Part shown: piece by piece, positions 1-12,483 of the stretch
Position numbering within the stretch: the stretch's first letter is position 1
Layout of the letters: each line of letters begins with the position of its first letter
From: Podarcis vaucheri
Lineage: Eukaryota
Assembly (NCBI GenBank): GCA_965113315.1
Contig: OZ220368.1
Length of the DNA: 64,000 nucleotides
Strand: one strand, 5' to 3'
Program-made: the position numbers and the translations under genes
Notes under the pieces: generated by a model
Seen by the model: only the letters and a program-made list of their open reading frames with translations
Databases searched by the model: none
Told to the model about the DNA's origin: nothing

Positions 1-48
1 TAGTGAAGAAAACAGGACTGCCATTGAGAAGATGTTGTTGGAAGAAGA
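1..48 (+). CDS. MYSM1: MYSM1 coding exon, 5'-truncated by window edge (SEENRTAIEKMLLEEE)
   Basis: Translates to the MYSM1 N-terminal motif; ends at a GTATCCTTT donor (phase 2). Confidence 0.9.
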
Positions 49-329
49 GTATCCTTTACTTATTAATCAGCATGACAAAATAGAATCTTCACCCCAGTAA
101 GAAATTAAGCTGTAGTGCAGGATTATAATCAATAGGCTACACTTTGTGATTAGAAATTGCTCCCTGACTACCTGATGGAAACTCTCATTAATCACCAAGG
201 TGCCAGACATCTCTGGCTTCTTTAACAAGAGATCCTTGCTGTTTCTATCCTTCTTGTGTCTGATTAATAATTAAGGTCTGGTGAATTAACATGGCTCAGT
301 CAGCAGGTTTTTGTGCCCTTTGAGTAGTC

Positions 330-1530
330 CTTTGTTATTTATTCGTTTTCAATTACAGTCCAATAATAGCCTCATTATAACAATACCAATTTATAATACA
401 GTTATACCAATCATTCAAATACCAAATTATATAATTTAGATAAAGTGGCCCTCCGCATGCTAAATTTGATGGTTTTCTTTATTTCTGCATTCCAAACTCT
501 TATTAGTTTCAGTAACATTCCAGTCATAATACTAATCCCTTATACAACAACTGCAATATTAATAACTTCTATTTGTGTTGACACATTAAATGATTTATAA
601 AACTGCAAGTGAGGAACTCAAAACTATATCCTTGTTCTTCCTGTGTATGGCAGTTATTCTGTCCGTGGTTCTTCTTCCTGTCCTTGTAAGATACTATGTC
701 TTTCTTTTCCCCAATTGTTGCTGTAGCGGTAGTCACGTAATCTGGGAAACCGGGTTCGTGTCTCCGCTCCTCCACATGCAGCTGCTGGGTGACCTTGGGC
801 CAGTCACACTTCTGTGAAGTCTCTCAGCCCCACTCACCTCACAGAGTGTTTGTTGTGGGGGAGGAAGGGAAAGGAGAATGTTAGCCGCTTTGAGACTCCT
901 GAAGGGGAGTGAAAGGCGGGATATCAAATCCAAACTCTTCTTCTTCTTCTGTTATCCATCATGCCTTGGGCGGAGCTGATATCCCATTGTTGTTCCATAA
1001 ATTTCTGCATCCCTCCATCCCGTGCTTCATTGTTTTGCACCAAGAGCTTTAACAACTGCTGCAAAAGTTGCTCTGTCCCAGTAAATAAACTGTTGTCACC
1101 ATTTTTCCTCTCAGCCTGGGAAGAAGAGTGGTCTGTCGAACTGCAGATGACTCAATAAAGAACCTTATCAGTTCCTTGGCAGTTTGCGGACTCCTTTCAC
1201 CCTTCCTTCCCACTGAAGATATATGAGCAACTATACGTCCAATTAAATTCCAAGCCCTCTTAGCTATTTGTAAATAATAAAGGCATTAGAGGGTTTTCTG
1301 CAGGCAAAATGCTTTTGTTCTCAGCGCCTCCCTGCCCCCCCGCATTCCATGCCAGAGCGAGAGCCAGGTACCGAGATGAACGGCAAGTGAAGCCCATTCC
1401 CCCCATCCCTGGGCAGAATTTGCAAGGATGATTACCCGTAATCATCCTTGTTTTTCCTTTGCCAACAATATCCTGATGTCATGGGGGCTGCCTTCATTAA
1501 GGCAGAGGGCGGAAGCCCAAAAAAACCTTT
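330..1530 (-). mobile_element. Putative non-autonomous LINE-like retroelement relic inside the U12 intron
   Basis: Minus strand has a GC-rich 5' leader, a Leu/Gln-rich ORF remnant and an AT-rich 3' end finishing AATAAATAACAAA; interrupted by a SINE. Confidence 0.35.
725..950 (+). mobile_element. tRNA-derived SINE, Squam3-like, 5'-truncated, (CTT)n tail
   Basis: B-box-like GGGTTCG, CORE-like GCTGGGTGACCTTGGGC, TCT-repeat tail; a near-identical 3' part recurs at 48509-48615 (-). Confidence 0.75.
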
Positions 1531-2132
1531 CCATGTGTTTATTTCTTTGAAGGTATCCCAAGACAAATGTCTAAAATAAGTTTCAGGAAATTTTGCCCCT
1601 TTTGGTTTTTCTATTGGTTTTCTTTTGTTTGTTTGTAATTTTGTAATCCCAAAACAGCTGAGCTTAGTTTGTATTAATTTAAGAACAGTGACCTATTTCA
1701 AGAAACAGCTTTTAAATTCTCATGTTGATATTGTTGTTATTTAAATGGGCTTGTAACTTTTGAAAGATCAGTTGCAAGGTTACTGTGGTGAGTGCTTGCT
1801 ATTTCTGTCTCTCTGTTCTTCCTCCAACCTGTTACTGAAAGTTGCACAGTTGGTATCAATTTTCTGGCTTTAAACTGTAATCGTAGACATGCTTAATAGG
1901 GAGTAAGCCTCATTGGACGTAGTTGGACTTACTTCTGACCTTTGTATTTCTCTGCATTAAATAATGTTCTACTAGTGTTTGCAGTTAGTTTATAGCTAAT
2001 TCATGTACTGCAACTTACAATCCATTGGACTGCAGTTGCAGATTTTTGGTATGATAAATTATTAATTATGAAAACAGTAGCATACAAAGAACCTCATTAA
2101 CAGTACTTTAGAAAATCCTTAATGAATTCCAG

Positions 2133-2210
2133 ATACTATCTATCTAGCAAATCCCTTCCAGAAAAAATTTGGCATGATCTGAAGGAAAGTGATAAAAAGT
2201 GCACAAAAAG
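2133..2210 (+). CDS. MYSM1: MYSM1 exon (YYLSSKSLPEKIWHDLKESDKKCTK)
   Basis: AG/GT borders, 78 nt, frame-consistent with neighbours. Confidence 0.9.
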
Positions 2211-2307
2211 GTAATGTGGAGTGTAATATTTCAAAGAGGGGGGAATTTGTGTTAAAAAGACTCGCCATCTTTACAAACTTGGCTTTGTCTTGTTTTGCAC
2301 TTTACAG

Positions 2308-2331
2308 CCACAAGAAAGAAGCAAAAGTAAC
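2308..2331 (+). CDS. MYSM1: MYSM1 24-nt microexon (S-HKKEAKV-T)
   Basis: tttacag acceptor, gtatgt donor, phase 2-2, keeps frame. Confidence 0.75.
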
Positions 2332-2677
2332 GTATGTACTTCTAATGTCATGGCTAAGTGTTAAGTGATTGTACTGAATATGTATACCTTTTGGACTCAT
2401 GTTGATGCTTTTTTAAAAAAAAAAAACCCTGCAAAAATTGCATTTTTTACACTGGTTTCTTTCTTGCATACCCTGACACCACCTCCCACTTCTTTTAAAA
2501 AATCTAGTTTTCTATTTAGGCAGTTGACTAAAATGCCTATACCCAGTTTCCAAGTATATTTATGCACATGTTATTTCTAGTGATTGAGGTTATTTTTAAA
2601 AAATATGTATGTTTAGATACCATTTCCTGGTATCTTTTTGTTTTACACAAATGCATTTTGCTTTATTTTTATGTAAG

Positions 2678-2756
2678 GATACGCTCACCTACAAAATCAG
2701 CTAGTGGATCGCTAAAGTGGACAGTGAAAGAAAAAGAACTATTTGAACAAGGACTG
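2678..2756 (+). CDS. MYSM1: MYSM1 exon, start of SANT/Myb domain (IRSPTK...[14 protein letters not shown])
   Basis: SANT motif [11 protein letters not shown]; AG/GT borders. Confidence 0.93.
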
Positions 2757-3275
2757 GTAAATATTTCCTGTGGTTAATGTTTTTAGTAGTAACTGCCATT
2801 AGAAGTGGAAATCTCAATGTTCTTCAAGTAATTAAAAGTGTTTAAGGTACAGTTGTACTGCATGGCATGTTATTTGTTTTAAAATGTAACAAAGTGTTAT
2901 ACAGTGTACCTTTAGTGAAGAATTTTAATACTAAAATTGTTTCATGCTGGATGAGATTCCTATGCAAGCCAACATGAATTTTTAGATGAAGTGAATTACT
3001 CATGTATGGTATTTGTGCCTAGCTACATAATGGGATTTTTTAGCCATGGGCTCAAGTACTTTTCCTTTTCCTTCACTTTCTCAAAACTCTTAGCTCTTAG
3101 CTGCTATCTTAACACACTTCTCTTGGTAAAAATTTGCCCCAGAGTGGGAGAGAAAGAGGTTTTTAGTGAGCAAGTAACTTAGATGGGGTAAAAACAAAGC
3201 AGTGGAAGCTTCAGATGCTGTATTAAATTGATTTGTTTTGACTTAAGAGCTGAAGTCATGTTTATTTTCCATTAG

Positions 3276-3374
3276 GCTAAATTTGGCAGAAGATGGACAA
3301 AAATTGCCATGATGATTGGAAGTCGCAATGTTCTCCAAGTAAAGAGCTTTGCCAGGCAGTACTTTAAGAACAAG
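3276..3374 (+). CDS. MYSM1: MYSM1 exon, SANT domain ([33 protein letters not shown])
   Basis: SANT helices 2-3; AG/GT borders; 99 nt. Confidence 0.95.
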
Positions 3375-4079
3375 GTAAACTTGATATAACAACTTTCAGT
3401 TGACAGAATGACTCGGTAGCAAACCTTGCCAACAGATAACTAAAAAAGGATTACTTCGTTTGAACCTTGCTTTGTTAGTCTCCCACAGCAAATGATTTTG
3501 CATTCATTTTTAATTTCCTGTAATATTGACCGCCTGCATTTTTTCAAAAAGGGCTTTTAAATTTGATTAAACTTTAAGGGATAACTCTACTGTTCTTTGT
3601 CCACTGTCAACAAAGATCAACAGGGTTATCCCCTATCAACCTTGCTCAGACATGAGCAGCTGAGGTCCATAAGAGGAGGACTCTTGCCGTACATCACCAT
3701 ACTGTACTGCTAAATTTACTAAATAGAGGCTTCTTAAAGTCTGAAGCAAGAAGCACATAATTTTCTTTTCCACAATCAAAAACAGCTGGATAAGTTTTTA
3801 GTTGGCAAATGCTGAGCTGTGGTAGAAATTCATATTATTATTTGGTTTGATAAGCTGTGTGTTTCCCTTGTGAATGTCGTTATCTAGTGAATGTCATTCA
3901 CCAAAATTGGCAAAATTAAATGTCTTTTGCAAGAGGGCCCAGTTTTTATTAAGAAATTTAAGGAAACAACAAGCAAACATGACTTAAAATTAATAAATGT
4001 CTCTTTTTAACTACTGTTATTCATTTAGACTTTCTTACTTTGTCATACTTAACTCATTTTAATGTACTTCTCTGTTAAG

Positions 4080-4816
4080 GCAAAAACGGATGGCTCAGAA
4101 AAAGTGGAACTGCAGCCGTATGTCAATGTTCCTCTTCCCAGTGTCAATCAGGATGATGAAGGGAAGGTGGTGTCATGGGCACTCTTAAGAGGTCGGGCAG
4201 ACCCTAATCTAAATGCAGTGAAAATTGAAAAATTATCAGATGATGAGGAAGTAGATATTACAGATGAGGTGGATGAGCTACTTTGCAATGTACCTCAGCA
4301 AGAAGCTGGAAAGTCTGATTTATTAGATATTCCAAAAAGTCCATCAGGGGAGAGCAGCTGGACAGAGCCTATCTTGGATTCTGCTGGACACATGCCTTCA
4401 GTTCTGTTAACATCAAGATTAATTCCAAAGCCAGAGCACAAGCACAGCACAGTTGAGAGTCTAGAGACTGCAATGTCATGCTCTGAGAACAGTGGTCATG
4501 GAACCATGGTTTCAGAAAATCAGAAATGTGATGGGAAAGGAATTTCTGATGATACCGATTGGTTTCCTAATCCAGAGAATTGCAGAGAACAGACAGACTT
4601 CACTGAAAACAGTCTTCTTTTCCATCCTTCCAACCAACTGGAAGAGGAGAATCAGATAGATGCAGAGGAGCTCAAGCCACCAGATCAAGAAGTAGAAATA
4701 GATAGACAAACCGTACTAGAAGAAGAAAAGCAGGCAATACCAGAATTTTTTGTGGGACGACAAGCCAAAACACCTGAGCGCTACCTGAAAATTAGAAACT
4801 ATATTTTGGATCAGTG
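4080..4816 (+). CDS. MYSM1: MYSM1 large exon (acidic linker and start of SWIRM domain)
   Basis: ORF 4062-4820 contains RGRADPNLNAVKIEKLSDDEEVDITDE and EFFVGRQAKTPERYLKIRNYILDQW; ttaag acceptor, gtaag donor. Confidence 0.95.
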
Positions 4817-5523
4817 GTAAGCAATATAAGCCTGTTGGAAAATTATACAGTGAGGGGAATGTATGCAATGCAATGGTGTGGATATGTAATATCCTTCCTT
4901 TACGCAATCCATTTTCCAGACAAGTGATAGCCCGTTCCTTTATGGACTGAAGCTGGTTGATTGTATCTTCCTCCTTTGGAGCTTGACCAGGGTGGGTCAT
5001 TGGTTAGCTCAAAATTACACATGTTGTGTGTTGGCTTGCTTAGCCCCCAAAGTAGGGAACCTGCTAGACCCTTGTCATTTAGCCCATAAGGCTGTGTTGG
5101 CCAAGCCACATCCACGTGTCCTACACCTGATGTCATATATGATGTCATGTATGAGGCATGAAAAAAATGTGATTGAGCCGAAGGGGAGCCCTGCACGCAG
5201 CAAGACAAGGAAAGTAGCTGATTGTTGGGGCTCACATAATGCATTGCCTTTACCTTCATGGTTTGATTTCAAAGCATGTGGTCAAAAATGGGACATCTGA
5301 CATGAGGTGATGGATAGGTGGGCAGCTGTGCCCACTTGTTAATACTTGGCCCATGGGGGGTTGGGAGATAAGGCTCTGGCCTAGCCCATGATAGACGACT
5401 TCTGACCCAGGTGGGCAAATCTCTGCATGAGTGGAATGGTTCATGTTTAATGGACTCCTTCTACTCCCACTAATGGGATACATCAAGAAATATCAAATGC
5501 TGCTAACTTAATTGCCCAGGTAA

Positions 5524-5808
<285 letters not shown>

Positions 5809-7135
5809 TAGAAACTAAAACCAGAAAATAAATGGGGGCACATTTAGAAACATATATTTTAAAATTCCGAACAGAAAGAGATGGAAAATATGGTTGTTGG
5901 TTGAGGCAGAAGTTAGTCCAGAAGGTACCATGTGGCAATCCTTCACTTACTCTTAATTATAAATTTTATCCCAAATATTGTCCTTCTACTTTGTAACGTA
6001 TATACCAGATTTAAAAAATGTGCTTATGTAAAAAAAAAAAAGGACTACTGTTTAATATCATTCCTGTTCTTTTGAGTCTCTTATGGTTACCATGGCTGTA
6101 GTGGTGTCTAGAAACATGTGACTTTCTTGGACAGGTGATGATTAGTCCTCCTAAGTGTTAGATCTGTTGCCATGGCAGCAGACTGTGGCCAGCTAACCTC
6201 CTTTGACTGCCTGCATAGATGCTCAGAATCTACATGTAGTTTTGTTTTTGTGTCCATTCCCCTCTGATAGGCTTCAGAAACTCTTCCTTTCCCTCTTTTC
6301 TTACTCAAGGTCCTTGTCTGTGGGAAAGCTAGAACAAAAAGCAAAGCTTTAAGCTCAGACCTATCCTCCAGTCATGGTCAAATGGATCCCCCCAAGAACC
6401 ACAGAAGCTATACTGGGTCAGCTAAGAACTGAACATAGCTGAATGGAACATAGTTGAATGGCAAAGGGAAGCTCTGCCATTATGTGACCAAGTTTGCTTG
6501 TCACATTAAGTAATGCTTCTAAGGAAACTATGGTTTGAATACTGTGAACAAGCATCTTGCTAGTTCACGCTGTGCAAAAGTGTCTCTGTGTCTATTAAAA
6601 TACTTACTAAACGTCCCTGAGGGACCCAGCCACCTGATCTACACCATTTGGGCCTAGCTTCATGTTTGGATAAAGCCATTCAATATTTTTCCACATTAAA
6701 AAAGGACAACTCTTTATCCTTTCTTTTCTTTTAAGGCTTTGAGAAATATTTGGACCGGTACTATATATTCAGTCAATGGAAGCTAAGAGACATCTGCTGA
6801 AATAGTGTATCGTTCAATATGGCCTAAATGCCACTGCCACCTGATATCATTCATGTTTTTTTCTCTTAATTTTCCTTCTAGTGTTGTCTGTGTAGCTCCC
6901 TTGGCTTGGTTGGCTCAGGTGACTAAACATTAGGTGGCATCATTGTTTTGTTTGTGAGACACTTACTTAGTCATGTCATGACTTTCATGTTGTGAAGAAC
7001 AATTTAAAAGATTTATCTTTAACTCTTGGTGATTAGAATTTAAAGACATTCAAGAGTAAAGCCATCATTTGCTTGTGACAACCAGGTAGCTCACTTCTTA
7101 CGCATCTGAGTTAGTTCTCTTGCTCATTTCTACAG

Positions 7136-7239
7136 AGCAGGCAATATATAATAGACCACAGCAAGTTGACAAAATTCGACCCAGAGAAGGCAAAGACACT
7201 ATAGAAGCATATCAGCTTGTGCAGCGTCTACAGTCTATG
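7136..7239 (+). CDS. MYSM1: MYSM1 exon ([10 protein letters not shown]...LVQRLQSM)
   Basis: tacag acceptor, gtagg donor; frame-consistent. Confidence 0.93.
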
Positions 7240-8037
7240 GTAGGATGGAAATGTAATTTATGTGCCACATTTCTTCTTTTACTGCCTTTTGATCACATTC
7301 CTGCACTGTGTGACTATAGTATTGCTGATTGGGAAGCCAACTAGAGTACCTTTTCTCACAAACATTGCTTAGATCTTTCTGGGCTAAATAAATTATGTCT
7401 TGGAGTTCTGCACATACTACTATTTTTGTACGGGGCTTTTTAAATTATACATTGCTTTCAGGAAAGAATGTTTGTCAAATACTTAAAAAGTGGCTCTTTG
7501 GATCCAGTGCATTTCACTTCATTGACTGAAACCAAATGAACTGTCTTTTAAGAAATCAAGTGAATAGGAAAGAAATGTATATGCAAGGTGTGTCTTTATG
7601 TGTATGTACAGCAGCTGTAATCAGACACATTTTTACTTTGATTCAGCATATACTTTCAGGGGTTGTTAAAGCTCCACTGAGTATCTCTACCATAAGTAGA
7701 AACCTTACAAATGATTGGTGCATAGAAGCAGAAGTACTGGATGCTGTGCTTTATGGAGTGAATAAATGGCAGTGCTGGTTCTTCAATAAAGCATGTTTCT
7801 GTTGCCAGCTTGGAATTGGCCCACATCATTTTGGAGTATAGTAATGCAACGTTTACTATGGGCCCAGGTGGCTGATGGCTTGACCTTGACACAAGTTCAA
7901 AAAGTAGGTTCAGACCAGTCCAAGTAGACCAGTGATCTGTATTCAGAAGCTTATTGTGAGCATGCCAGTCCACATTCTGCTACTCCACAACAATATGTGA
8001 ATTGCTTATACAAATACTGCTGACTTTATGCCCTTGA

Positions 8038-8214
<177 letters not shown>

Positions 8215-9065
8215 TGAAACGCTTTTATTTAATTATGTGAGCTGTAACTGTAACCCACCCTTTGAGGTTTCAGGGCAGCTTACAAAAATTTAAACTTAAG
8301 TAAAAATACTAAAATATTGCAAAATAAAACTAAAAAGTTCCACATTTTGTAACCTTTCCTCTTAGGGAAGTTTCTCCAGCTCCTTGATCATTTTGTTATT
8401 GTGTCCTAAAACATGATTCAAGAGCCAATGACCAGAAGTTCAGAACCAGAGGTCGTCCATGAAATTTATATGCTGTAGGTTTAAAACAGGCAAAAGCATG
8501 ATGTGTGGAATAAACTGTTGCAGCAGTAGCATAGGTAAATAGATCTAAAGTTTGTGAATGAAAGGCCTTCATGTAAATAGGAGATAAAATACTTGGGTAT
8601 GGGACTTCTGTGTTTCAAACCAGCATACTTCTTAACGTCAGATACCACTGAGAAGCCATCTTTGCTGTTTCACGAGCTTCCCTAGAACATCTAGTTGGCT
8701 ACTCTGAGTGCTGAAGTAGGTGAACCTTTCAGTTTGACATACTATAGCTATACAGTGGTCTTAACAGAAGCACTATGTAGCAGGTAGGAAAGAAGGACCT
8801 TGTGTAGAGGTGGAGTGACAAAATCTTATGCTGTTTCATAGTTTGCTTGAACTTGGAACAGTAAATGGGAAAGTGAAGGAAGCTCTTCCAGCTTTCTATA
8901 AAAACAAACAAAACAGCTACTTTTGGTCTTGGTTCCCTGAGGCTCATCTTAACAGTGACAGCAGCTGTGGCACCTACTAAATTCAGGACAACTGAAGTTC
9001 AGTGTGCTTAAGCCCACTGATTGAACTTCAGGCTGTTTTAACTAATCAAGTATTTTTGTTTTTAG

Positions 9066-9154
9066 CACCTTTCTGCTGAGGATCTAGCTAAGAGGAGAGA
9101 AGAGGAGAAGCTGAAACCACCGAAAGCATCTAAAGGACAAAGGCAGCCCAAAAG
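9066..9154 (+). CDS. MYSM1: MYSM1 exon ([29 protein letters not shown])
   Basis: AG/GT borders; frame-consistent. Confidence 0.92.
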
Positions 9155-9460
9155 GTTTACATTTTTTGTATATGCCTACAATATATTTTTTAAAAAGTAG
9201 CTTATGTTACTTTCAGTATGATTCCTACCTATCAGCAGCACTTACGTTGTACTACTTCACTGAGCCTAAAGCGCAGTTCACAAATGCGGAGATATTCCTG
9301 TGACTCTTAAAAACTACCACATAAGTCTACAAGTTCAAACAATTTGCTAGTTTTGTATATAGTAATTAAAACTACAATAGAAAAAATGTGATTTTTTAAA
9401 AAATGAGTTTCCCCCTTTATTAAATGTATATTTTCAGAGCAATTTTCTTTCATTTTATAG

Positions 9461-9515
9461 TTCATTTGATCCCTTTCAGCTGATCCCTTGCTGTTCCTTC
9501 ACAGAAGAAAAACCA
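9461..9515 (+). CDS. MYSM1: MYSM1 exon (SFDPFQLIPCCSFTEEKP)
   Basis: DPFQLIPC motif preceding the MPN domain; AG/GT borders. Confidence 0.92.
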
Positions 9516-9595
9516 GTAAGTATGAGTTAATAAATAAGCAAGAGCACACCTTTGTTTACTTAAGCAGGCTTTCCTTATCATTTTTATCTTTTCAG

Positions 9596-9646
9596 GAGCC
9601 ATTCCAAGTAACGGTAGCTGCAGAGGCACTTCTCATCATGGATTTG
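9596..9646 (+). CDS. MYSM1: MYSM1 exon, MPN domain start (EPFQVTVAAEALLIMDL)
   Basis: AG/GT borders; follows an 80-nt intron. Confidence 0.93.
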
Positions 9647-10476
9647 GTAAGAACTATACTTTATACCTATTTTCCCGATTTGTTTGGTTCACTTCAAAGC
9701 ACAAAGGGAAGGTTTGATCCATGCCAAAACCACAATTACCCCTCCATATTGCTGCTGTTGAGACTACTGCTATACCATCTGCACCCTTTAACTGGCCAAG
9801 CTTTTTTTCTGGCTTACCTAAGGCATGGGTGATGGCTGTAACAGCCCATAATTTCTTGTTTCTGTAGAAGATAATAACCCTGAGAAAATCTCTAAACAGG
9901 TATGGGAATAAGCTGTCATAAATGTGATGCTGCTGCACAACAGTATAATGCTTCTTATGAGCGTGGGTGATTAGTCATGCCAGAAGAGAAACTCAGAATG
10001 TTAATATAATCACCTGCAAGGGAAAAGTAAATTCTATCTTTTAATACCTTTCTTGCTGAAATGGGGGAATATTTGTACTTTTGCTTTTTTCATCTGTTGT
10101 CGATCCATAAGTAACTGTTGGAGCCTCAAGGCCACTATTTAGTGCTTTTCCTACTAAGTAAAGATGGCTGTGTAATTTTTGATCTTCACAGTCCCTTATG
10201 GGAGCAACTGACTTGATTTTTATCAGCACTGGCAAAAATGCCCAGGTAATGACCTGGTTTAGCCCCAGGAAAAGAGAAGGAGTACATAAAGCTCATTTGT
10301 TCACATAGCACTAAACCACAGTTTAGGGTTGGATCTAAGTGCAGCATCTGTGTAATTATTGGTGGTAAAGCAGAGGTATGAAGAGCTTTCAGGGTGTGGG
10401 TGGGTGGGGTTATCATACATGGTTTCACTACAGAACTCTTCAAAATATCCAAATGATTTTTTTCTTATGTCTTTAG

Positions 10477-10551
10477 CATGCCCATGTTTCAATGGCAGAA
10501 GTAATAGGACTGCTAGGTGGAAGATACTCTGAAACTGATGGAATAGTTGAA
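10477..10551 (+). CDS. MYSM1: MYSM1 exon ([25 protein letters not shown])
   Basis: [11 protein letters not shown] motif with the catalytic Glu. Confidence 0.95.
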
Positions 10552-10579
10552 GTAAGTATCATGCATGTTTAAAATTCAG

Positions 10580-10830
10580 TAACATGAGAGCAGGCCTTAT
10601 CTGGGGTGGCTCCCAGAATGTGGAATGCCCTTCACCTCAGAAGATTGGCTGGTGCTCACTGTATTGCCCTTTCAGCACCAGCTAAGACCAATCTACTTTT
10701 CCAAGGTTTTAGGGAATATTTTTTTTTGAAACTACAGTATTTTTAAAAACTTTATTATTATCTGGTTTTATCTGCTCCTTTGGGACATTATTATAATATT
10801 TATGGTTTAATATGTTTGTAACCTGAAGTA
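10580..10830 (+). mobile_element. L2 LINE 3' fragment (old)
   Basis: GGCTCCCAGAATGTGGAATGCCCT...CTAAGACC resembles the L2 ORF2 C-terminal region. Confidence 0.5.
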
Positions 10831-10913
10831 ATAAACATAAACACAAAACAGCCTTAATCTAGTCTAGTGCAATAGGCATTAAACCAGCCTATTAGGAGGA
10901 CCAGATCTTAGTA

Positions 10914-11230
10914 CAGTGGTGCCTCGCAAGACGAAATTAATCCGTTCCGCGAGTCTCTTCATCTTGCGGTTTTTTCATCATGCGAAGCACGGCTATTAGC
11001 GGCTATTAGTGGCTATTAGTGGCTTAGCGGCTATTAACGGCTTAGCGGCTATTAACGGCTTAGCGGCTTTAAGAAAAAGGAAACAAACTCGCAAGAACTC
11101 GCAAGACGTTTCGTCTTGCGAAGCAAGCCCATAGGGAAATTCGTCTTGGGGAACGACTCAAAAAACGGAAAACTCTTTCGTCTTGCGCGTTTTTCGTCTT
11201 GCGAGGCATTCATCTTGCGAGGTACCACTG
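10914..11230. mobile_element. Tc1/mariner-pogo (Tigger-like) MITE with internal minisatellite
   Basis: TIRs CAGTGGTGCCTCGCAAGACGAA / TTCATCTTGCGAGGTACCACTG; TA on both flanks; internal GCGGCTATTA/GGCTTA repeats at ~10989-11068. Confidence 0.85.
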
Positions 11231-11771
11231 TACCTGCTCATGTGCCCACAGGGATTAGAGGGAAACAGGATTTTCTTATGATTGATGGGGGCATCTTTGA
11301 GTAGACTGGATTAACCCCAGAGGCTATTGCAGCATCCATATATAAGCATCCTTTAAGCATCTTACTATATCCTTGTAATACTTTTCCTGTAGTCAGTATG
11401 GAATTCAGGAAGCTGCTAGTTTTTTGAACAATGGAGCAATCCTACACCCAAGAAGCTGGTTCAAAACAAGGTATGAGTGAAGCTGGTGAAGAGTATACCA
11501 GATTTAAACTCTCTTCAGGAGCAGGGCTACATATGGCTGAGTTGGCTTAAGTGTAGCAGAGGGGAAACAAGCCTTTAAGATAGTGTTTGAGTTACATCAC
11601 CCTTTTTGCTGTCTTAACTGTATCTCTTGCTATGCCAGTTTAAGTTCAGCCAGGCTCTGGGGGAAATATGCCAGCATATCTCTTGCTGGACCACAAGGAT
11701 GAGGAGTTATGTCATCACCCTTGACTACCCTGAGAACCTCCTGGCTCAGGTGACGTTATGCTGGATCCTAG

Positions 11772-12128
<357 letters not shown>

Positions 12129-12350
12129 TGACTTTGCTTTATTGATGTTTAATTTAATAACTAGAAATGATGTAAATGGTAACATTTCAAAGTACTATTC
12201 AAATAATTTATTGACCCTTTACTTTAAAGTGACTACTAATTGTAAGATGGGGGTTTTCAGAAAGCAAGTTTGCATTGCATTCTTGATTATTTTCATAGAC
12301 ACAAACTTTAAAAAAATAAAATTATTGCCCTTTTATATTTTTCCATACAG

Positions 12351-12483
12351 AGCTATTTCTCCAGAGGTGGGTCAATGTTTGTTGGTGTGATCATAAGTCC
12401 TTATAATCGAAATAACCCTCTTCCGCATTCCCAGATTACCTGTCTGGTAATCAGTGATGAGACCAGTCCTGATGGATCCTATC
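12351..12483 (+). CDS. MYSM1: MYSM1 exon ([44 protein letters not shown])
   Basis: MPN C-terminal strands; AG/GT borders. Confidence 0.94.

Larger units (their letters stand above)
49..2132 (+). other. MYSM1: U12-type GT-AG intron of MYSM1
   Basis: 5' splice site GTATCCTTT (49-57); branch site TCCTTAAT (2116-2123) about 10 nt before AG (2131-2132); no polypyrimidine tract; frame joins GA|A. Confidence 0.9.

Noticed and set aside
10985-11070. CRISPR-like or regulatory repeat array
   Set aside because: Tandem units without unique spacers, inside a eukaryotic MITE.
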